Shown one piece after another: positions 1-6,312 of a stretch of 8,032 bases of DNA. The DNA is taken from the NCBI RefSeq assembly GCF_006345805.1, contig NW_021828607.1, positions 1-8,032 of the forward strand, given 5' to 3'. Position 1 is the stretch's first letter, and each line of letters begins with the position of its first letter. Position numbers and translations under genes: made by a program. Source of the stretch: Octopus sinensis. Taxonomy: Eukaryota. The notes beneath the pieces were generated by a model. The model had not been told where the DNA came from. It ran no database searches and worked only from the letters and a program-made list of their open reading frames with translations.

Positions 1-325
1 ATATCAATGCATGTATGTATGTTTGTGTATCTGTAGGTGTCTTTCTCCGTATGTTCTCATCATTTGATAACGACGCCCTTCTTCATGCCATGTAGCTTAG
101 CAGATCAACAATTTTTGTATGTTACGATATGTTTCAGACTTAGAAAATTGTTTTATGCTTGATATGATCGTCTAAATTCATACGAATTAGTAGTCTTAAA
201 GGGATGTGTGTGTTCGCTTACGTGTTGTATGCGTGTGTGTGCGTGTATATGTATGCACAAACAGGTATAAACATACGTACATACATACGTATATATATCG
301 TGCACATATATTCATAGACAATCAT

Positions 326-330
<5 letters not shown>

Positions 331-392
<62 letters not shown>
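331..392. repeat. Compound microsatellite (CA)15(TA)16
   Basis: Perfect CA run at 331-360 directly followed by a perfect TA run at 361-392. Confidence 0.98.
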
Positions 393-393
<1 letters not shown>

Positions 394-447
394 CATAAGT
401 GACATTAGCAGTTACTGTCTATATCTCGTTTAGAGAATTATTATTGC

Positions 448-699
448 TATATATATATATATATATATACATTTACATATATATATATGCATACATATAT
501 ACATATATACATATATACATACATATATACACGTATAATGTACATACATACACACATATATGCATATATATATACACACATATATGCATATATATATATA
601 CACACATATATATGTACACACTCATACGCATACACACTCACACATACACATACATCGATATCTATTTCTGAATATGTCTATATATAAATATAAACATTG

Positions 700-746
<47 letters not shown>

Positions 747-955
747 ATATAATATATATTTATATTAGATATATATTTACATATATATGTATGCATATGT
801 ATGTTAGTGTGTGTCTGTATGTATATACACATATGCATGTATGAGTGTGCATACATGTATATACATATACATGCGCGACACACACACGCAGAAACACACA
901 CATATATGCACACGCGAACACTCACACACGTACAAAGACACACATATATGCACAC

Positions 956-993
<38 letters not shown>

Positions 994-1000
994 AGACACA
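448..1000. repeat. Long degenerate compound microsatellite / low-complexity tract (TA, CA, TG, TACA motifs)
   Basis: Nearly continuous TA/CA/TG alternation with TA cores at about 448-469 and 706-780 and a CA-(CG)4-CA run at 951-994. It generates the overlapping YI/HT/CV pseudo-ORFs. Confidence 0.95.
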
Positions 1001-1295
1001 CTTAGAGAGCAACGCACACAACCACACTGGCATTACAAAACAAATTACATAAATTTCCTGAGAGTGAAAAGCAGAGAAAGAAACACAAGCGAATTGTTTT
1101 TGCTGGAGGAAACAAAAGGTCAATGACGTTCAGCTGGTATGTAGCTTGTGGTGTCGTCATTGAAAACCGATTCACAGATAATGTTGTTCTATTAAATAGA
1201 CATATAGTTCTCTGCCGCTTCATTGAATACGAGGACCACTCCCTGCTGTTTTACCGCCAATCCCCTCTTTCTTTTCCTCTTTTTTCCTGCCTCGT

Positions 1296-1364
1296 ATCAA
1301 TCACTTAAGTGCTGATCAATAGCGTCCTTTAGCAATGCACACCGGCTGTCAATCAATTGAGTCA
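1296..1364. promoter_or_regulatory. Possible cis-regulatory motif cluster (Pbx/Hox, NK-type, Pbx-Meis/Prep, AP-1 consensus matches)
   Basis: ATCAATCA (TGATTGAT on -) at 1296-1303, palindrome CACTTAAGTG at 1302-1311, CTGTCAATCA (TGATTGACAG on -) at 1346-1355 and TGAGTCA at 1358-1364, in a non-repetitive island. Motif matches only; no functional data. Confidence 0.25.
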
Positions 1365-1452
1365 CACTCTCGCATTTTCATTACAGCACTCATTCCTCCA
1401 CTCACTGACTCACTCTCTCATTCTGCACTTCCCTTTCCCATCTCTCTGCCCC

Positions 1453-1634
<182 letters not shown>

Positions 1635-2356
1635 CGGATTCTCTCCTCTTCTTTCTTTAGATGACTTACTGCCTTTTTCTTATTACTTTCTCGACGGCTT
1701 TATGATATTGTGGCTTTTCAATGTCCCATTTTCTATCAGTATTTCTATTTACGTAAGAATGAAGGAATAAAATAAACAAATTAGAAAAGAAAGCGGAAAG
1801 GAAGAAAATATATTCATATCTTTAGTTTGTGACTCATTCGTTAATAGTTAGCTAATAGTTACAACGAATTATAATCAGGGTCGCAAAATCAATATCTCAA
1901 AAGGTAGCATAAAATATTCACAAAGTAGCTGTTACATCAGAACGCAATATAAAATGAAAATTTTCTTTCAAATGAACATTTTCTTTTACACACATACACA
2001 CACTCACATACAATGGATTAGAATATATAGAAAAATGGCATATAATAAATACATCGAAAAGTGCTCAGACCGGACGAGATTGTTAATAACCAACGTCTAA
2101 CACAGGGCTGTAGGCAATGTACTAGTCGAGCTAATGGAGGTATTACAAACCAATTGATTGATAGACGGTTGTAAATGGCATCAAGTCAGTTATAAAATAG
2201 TTGCGTGGCTGTGTGGTGAGAAGCTTCCCAACCATATGGTTCCAGGTTCAGTCCTACTGCGTGTCACCTTGGACAAGTGTTTCTATTATAGCTCGGGCCA
2301 ATCGAAGCATTTTGAGTGAATTTAGTAGACGGAAACTGAAAGAAGCTCGTCGCATG

Positions 2357-2378
2357 TATATATATATGTATATATATA

Positions 2379-2425
<47 letters not shown>

Positions 2426-2442
2426 ATATATAATATATATAT
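2357..2442. repeat. Interrupted (TA)n inside SINE A copy 1
   Basis: About 85 bp of TA with a few phase shifts, immediately after the SINE A motif gaagctcgtcg. Confidence 0.95.
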
Positions 2443-2745
2443 CACGTCACGTGACCGACCAAACCATCAGGTGTTGCAACACATCGCTGGTCACAATGCG
2501 TTCGCATTGTTTTAGCCTTCGAATGACGCCACCCCGCTGGCTAAGCGAGCAGGACAACAGAAGAAAGAGTGAGAGAAAGTTGTGGCGAAAGAGTACAGTA
2601 GGGATCGCCACCACCCACTGCCGGAGCTTCGTGGAGCTTTAGGTGTTTTCACTCAACAAACACTCACAACGCCCGGTCTGGGAATCGAAACCGCGATCCT
2701 ACGACCGCGAGTCCGCTGCCCTAACCACTGGGCCATTGCGCCTCC
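2441..2745 (-). mobile_element. tRNA-derived SINE, family C (full-length-looking, nested in SINE A)
   Basis: The - strand begins GGAGGCGCAATGGCCCAGTGGTTAGGGCAGCGGACTCGCGGTCGTAGGATCGCGGTTTCGATTCC. It has an A box at 2725-2735, a B-box-like motif at 2681-2692, an intact D-stem GCCC/GGGC and overall similarity to tRNA-Arg-type heads. The 3' end GGTCACGTGACGTGAT runs into (AT)n. Confidence 0.88.
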
Positions 2746-3514
2746 ACACACACACACATATATATATATATATGGATGTATATTTCTATGTGTGTGTGTG
2801 TGCCTTTGTGTTTCTTCACTACCACTACATGACAACCGGTGTGGATCTGTTTACGTACCCGTAACTTAACGGTTTAGCATATGATATCGATAGAATAAGC
2901 ACCGTGTTTAAGAAAGATACTGGGGTCGATTCGTTCGGCTAAAATTCTTCAAGGTGGTGCTCCAGTATGGCCGCAGTCTAATGACTTAAGCAAGATAGAA
3001 GGTAAGTGAGTATAAAAATATATAAATTATAGACAAAGAACTGGAAAAGTTGGAAAACGAATGTTCATAGTAATTCTTCGTAGACAGATATATGCCGCGA
3101 GAGTTCATACTCTTTTGTCACGGACAAAGAAAGGAGAGAATCCAAGTAGTCCTACATAGAGCTTCTTGAATAGGTAGGTGAAAATCTCGGGATTTCCTAC
3201 TCGAACGTTACAAATAAGAGAGTAGAGAATGTGGGGAAATAATTTACGGCTGTTTCTGGGTTTTGTTGTTTAGTGAGTGCAGTAACGTGTGTCGTGTACA
3301 TATACACGAATTAAATGCTAGAGAATGTATATGAAATAACACAAGTTAAGATTATATGAACAACTCAACCCGTCTTCAGAGGGGTAACGAAGCTCAAAAT
3401 AATGAGGCACAAGGTATAATTTGTGAATAAAAGACGGTTTAGACACAACTGAGACTGCTTTGATCATGGTTCTTCTCCGACGTACGGCTAAAATAACACT
3501 GACCAGTGCTTAAA

Positions 3515-3661
3515 TAATGCTCAGCTGTGATTAAGCAGCGCTGAGCTGCGGTTAAACAGCGCTGAACTGCGGTTCGACAGCGTTGAGCTGCGGTTCAACA
3601 GCACTGAATTGCGGTTAAACAGCGCTAACTTATGGCTACACAGCGCTGACCTGTAGTTAAA
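3515..3661. repeat. 21-bp minisatellite, 7 units, consensus CAGCGCTGAGCTGCGGTTAAA
   Basis: Exact 21-bp period with units starting at 3515, 3536, 3557, 3578, 3599, 3620 and 3641. No indels; terminal units are more diverged. Confidence 0.95.
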
Positions 3662-3776
3662 CATACATACATACATACATACATACATACATACATACAT
3701 ACATACATACATACATGCACACACACATACACACACACACACACATATATATATATTATATATTTATTTATTTATA
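3661..3776. repeat. Compound microsatellite (ACAT)14 - (CA)n - TA-rich
   Basis: Perfect ACAT x14 at 3661-3716, CA run at about 3718-3746, then an AT-only stretch to 3776. Confidence 0.97.
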
Positions 3777-3978
3777 TTGGTTCAAATTTTAGCACAAGGC
3801 CAGTAATACCGGAAAGGGGGTTAAGTCGATTTCATCGTCCCCAGTGTTGAACTGGTACCTATTTCATCGATCCCGAAGGGATGAAAGACGTAGTCGACCA
3901 CGGAATTTGTACTGAGAACGTAACGATAGACGAAATGCGGCTAAGCATCTGGCCCAGCGTGCTAACGATTCTGCCAGG
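3775..3978 (-). mobile_element. tRNA-derived SINE, family B copy 1 (extreme 5' end missing, diverged)
   Basis: Colinear with 5106-5321 along its length (tattgg-ttcaaatttt-gcacaaggcc ... actggtac ... ggatgaaa ... gaacgtaac ... ctgccag). It lacks the terminal ctcgccgcc of the other copy. Confidence 0.88.
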
Positions 3979-3981
3979 CTT

Positions 3982-4035
3982 TCTATCTGTCTATCTCTCT
4001 ATCTATCTATCTATGTATTTATCTATCGATCTATC
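3982..4035. repeat. Degenerate (TCTA)n microsatellite
   Basis: Imperfect TCTA/TCTG/TC units abutting the 5' end of SINE B copy 1. Confidence 0.85.
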
Positions 4036-4647
4036 AATTTTTAGATAGTATACTGTGGCTCGAGTGAAATTCAAGCTATTTCACCGCATGCGTAGAAACT
4101 CCTTAATTGACTACCGATTTTTCATAGTAATATCAATTATTTCCACGTCTGCATTTCGATAAACGTGGCCTTTTCTACAATGAGAAATATATACCTCCAC
4201 CTCCTGCTTTCCACTCCCTCCAATCTGTAGCCAATCTTCTACAAAACGGCTCAGCGTATCTTGCGTGCTTCATAATAAAATTTATGGAATTAATCATCAA
4301 TTAATATTTTCTTCTCTTTATACAATCACTCTGCCATCCTTTTTAAATTCTAATAATAAAATATGCTCTAACATAGGCGCATATCTAATTATCATGCAGA
4401 CAGCGTCTTGTCCAGTCAGTATTTCTCTTAATTTGTGTCAATAAATATACAATTAAAACTCTTCACTTAATGAACTGTCGCTGAAACTTCGACCAAAAAC
4501 TGTAGGAGTGCCATGTATCCGCTGAGAAATCTTTAAGAAGATTTGGCTGGTGATGTTTCTTGTATTTGCCAATGAAAAATGTAATGTTATTTCATATTCA
4601 TTTTTCTATTGCAGCAGATTAAAATATGGTCTGTATTTAAAGTTCTA

Positions 4648-4818
4648 GGCGCAGGAGTGGCTGTGTGGTAAGTAGCTTGCTTACCAACCACATGGTTCCG
4701 GGTTCAGTTCCACTTTATGGCACCTTGGACAAGTATCTTCTACTATAGCTTCGACCGTCCAAAGCCTTGTGAGTGGAACTGGTCGACGGAAACTGAAAGA
4801 AGCCCGTCGTATATATGC

Positions 4819-4851
<33 letters not shown>

Positions 4852-5105
4852 ATATATATTATATATATATATATGTATGTATGTATGTATTTGTGTGTAT
4901 ATGTTTGTGTGCTTGTGTTTGTCCCCAACATCGCTTGACAACCGACGGTGGCGTGTTTAAGTCCCCGTAACTTAGCGGTTCGGCATAAGAAACCGATAGA
5001 ATAAGTACTAAGCTTACAAAGAATAAGTCCTGGGGTCGATTTACTCAACTAAAGGCGGTGCTCCGCCATGGCCGCAGTCAAATGACTGAAACAAGTAAAA
5101 GAGTA
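4648..5105 (+). mobile_element. tRNA-derived SINE, family A copy 2 (full length, internal microsatellite)
   Basis: Starts GGCGCAGGAGTGGCTGTGTGG (A box 4658-4668), B-box-like GGTTCAGTTCC at 4701-4711, CCTTGGACAAG motif, internal (TA)n/(TATG)n/TG tract at about 4810-4910, 3' end AAGTAAAAGAGTA. Homologous to 2198-3012 and 6550-6684. Confidence 0.92.
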
Positions 5106-5321
5106 TATTGGCTTCAAATTTTGGCACAAGGCCAAGAATTTTAGGAGAGGGTGCTACTCGATTACATCGACTCGAATGTTCAACTGGTACTTAATTTATG
5201 GACCTCGAAAGGATGAAAAGTAAAGTCAACCTCGGCGAAATTTGAACTCAGAACGTAACTGCAGACGAAATACCGTTCAGCATTTCGCCTGGCGCCCTAA
5301 CCTTTCTGCCAGCTCGCCGCC
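5106..5321 (-). mobile_element. tRNA-derived SINE, family B copy 2 (full length)
   Basis: The - strand begins GGCGGCGAGCTGGCAGAAAGGTTAG (A-box-like at 5301-5311), with B-box-like GAGTTCAAATT at 5239-5249. Homologous to 3775-3978. Confidence 0.9.
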
Positions 5322-5343
5322 TTCTTAAAGTGCAAGATAGTAA

Positions 5344-5460
5344 ATGGTTATCAGTAACAATAAAGGGTGAAATTAATTAATTTGGAATAATCATTAATTG
5401 CACCAAGTAGATTTCGGCATGTAAAAGCCTCATTCACCCTTTATTGTTACTGATAACCAT
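5344..5460. repeat. Perfect 28-bp inverted repeat (5344-5371 / 5433-5460) with 61-nt spacer
   Basis: ATGGTTATCAGTAACAATAAAGGGTGAA is the exact reverse complement of TTCACCCTTTATTGTTACTGATAACCAT. Confidence 0.97.
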
Positions 5461-5650
5461 ATTTCATCCCAGTAAATGACCACAGCATCTTGTCTTGGCT
5501 ACACGCGGGTGGAAGGGGCTGTGACACAAACTTTCATCAACACTTTGAATTTGGTGGTACTGGTAATGGCTTTAGCTCGCTCTGATACTGAGTTGAGATG
5601 ATGCCTTCTAGTATCTCAAATTTAATATCAATTATTCATAATTGTAGTGT

Positions 5651-5739
5651 CCTACGCTGATGAGAAAAGAAGTTGGGTAAAGTAGAATTATCTAATTCTT
5701 TCTTTCCTAAAACTTGATTTCGAAACGTACGTCCGTAGG
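5651..5739 (+). ncRNA. Type I hammerhead ribozyme, copy 1 (predicted cleavage after C5733, GUC)
   Basis: Stem I CCTACG 5651-5656 / CGTAGG 5734-5739; core CTGATGA 5657-5663; stem II closed by G5664-C5721 (GAAA/TTTC, AAGTT/AACTT, AGAATT/AATTCT helices); GAAA 5722-5725; stem III AC-GTAC-GT; GTC 5731-5733. All conserved core positions are canonical. Confidence 0.88.
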
Positions 5740-6221
5740 TGACTTAAAATTGTATGATAGATTGCCGGTCATTTTATTCTCTCTTACCTGTCTGTGTTTG
5801 CCTTTCAAGTGCTGTGTTTTTACTGAGATCTCCCTTTTAGTAGAAAGAATAGCTATAACTCTTGACTGCTATTTCTAATTCGGTGTGTGGTGAGGCAATT
5901 CGTTGCTAACCCTTAATTGCTTAGTATTACTTAAATTTTCCTCGAATGAGGCTTTTACATGCCGAAATCTACTTGGTGCAATAATAATTATTCCAAATTA
6001 ATTAATTTCACCCTTTATTTTACTGATAACCATATTCATCCCAGTAAATGACCACACATCTTGTCTTGGCTACACGCGGGTGGGAAGGGGCTGGTGACAC
6101 AAACTTTCATTCACACTTTGAATTTGGTGTACTGGTAATGGCTTTAGCTCGCTCTGATACTGAGTTGAGATGATGCTTCTAGTATCTCAAAATTAATATA
6201 CAATTATTCATAATTGTAGTG

Positions 6222-6312
6222 TCTACGCTGATGAGAAAAGAAGTTGGGTAAGGTAGAATTATCTAATTCTTATGCTTTCCTAAAACTTGATTTCGAAACG
6301 TACGTCCGTAGG
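6222..6312 (+). ncRNA. Type I hammerhead ribozyme, copy 2 (predicted cleavage after C6306, GUC)
   Basis: Stem I CTACG 6223-6227 / CGTAG 6307-6311 plus a U6222-G6312 wobble; CTGATGA 6228-6234; stem II G6235-C6294; GAAA 6295-6298; ACGTACGT 6298-6305; GTC 6304-6306. Confidence 0.87.

Larger units (their letters stand above)
2198..3012 (+). mobile_element. tRNA-derived SINE, family A copy 1 (diverged, interrupted by a nested family C SINE)
   Basis: A-box-like TGGCTGTGTGG at 2206-2216 and B-box-like GGTTCAGTCC at 2245-2254. The 5' half (to 2352) and 3' half (about 2770-3012) are colinear with the uninterrupted copy at 4648-5105. End points are approximate. Confidence 0.9.

Noticed and set aside
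612-855. Apparent large inverted repeat around the (TA)n at 706-780 (CA-type left, TG-type right)
   Set aside because: The longest specific match found is about 11 bp in low-complexity sequence; explained by microsatellite polarity switching.
206-1126. Eleven overlapping ORFs of 63-153 aa rich in Y/I/H/T/C/V/M
   Set aside because: Translations of TA/CA/TG microsatellites, which lack stop codons by composition; no domain-like sequence.
1117-1168. pre-miRNA hairpin
   Set aside because: Only 9 contiguous pairs plus a 4-bp inner stem with a large asymmetric loop; no match to conserved miRNAs I can recall.
2670-2745. tRNA gene on the - strand
   Set aside because: A/B boxes and D-stem are present, but the acceptor, anticodon and T stems do not pair properly and the sequence continues into a SINE body; treated as a SINE head.
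2201-2869. ORFs within the nested SINE region
   Set aside because: They lie wholly inside recognisable SINE and microsatellite sequence; no protein motif.
3515-3661. CRISPR-like array
   Set aside because: Contiguous 21-bp tandem units with no unique spacers, a eukaryotic context and no cas genes. The same applies to 7421-7678.
4064-4084. Small hairpin GTGAAAT-N7-ATTTCAC
   Set aside because: A 7-bp AT-rich stem is expected by chance in 8 kb of AT-rich DNA.
4717-5048. ORFs of 63-101 aa
   Set aside because: Inside SINE A copy 2 and its internal microsatellite.
5344-6033. MITE with ~90-bp terminal inverted repeats
   Set aside because: There is no TSD, the interior is duplicated outside the putative right TIR, and hammerheads point to an RNA-based element; a PLE-type inversion explains it better.
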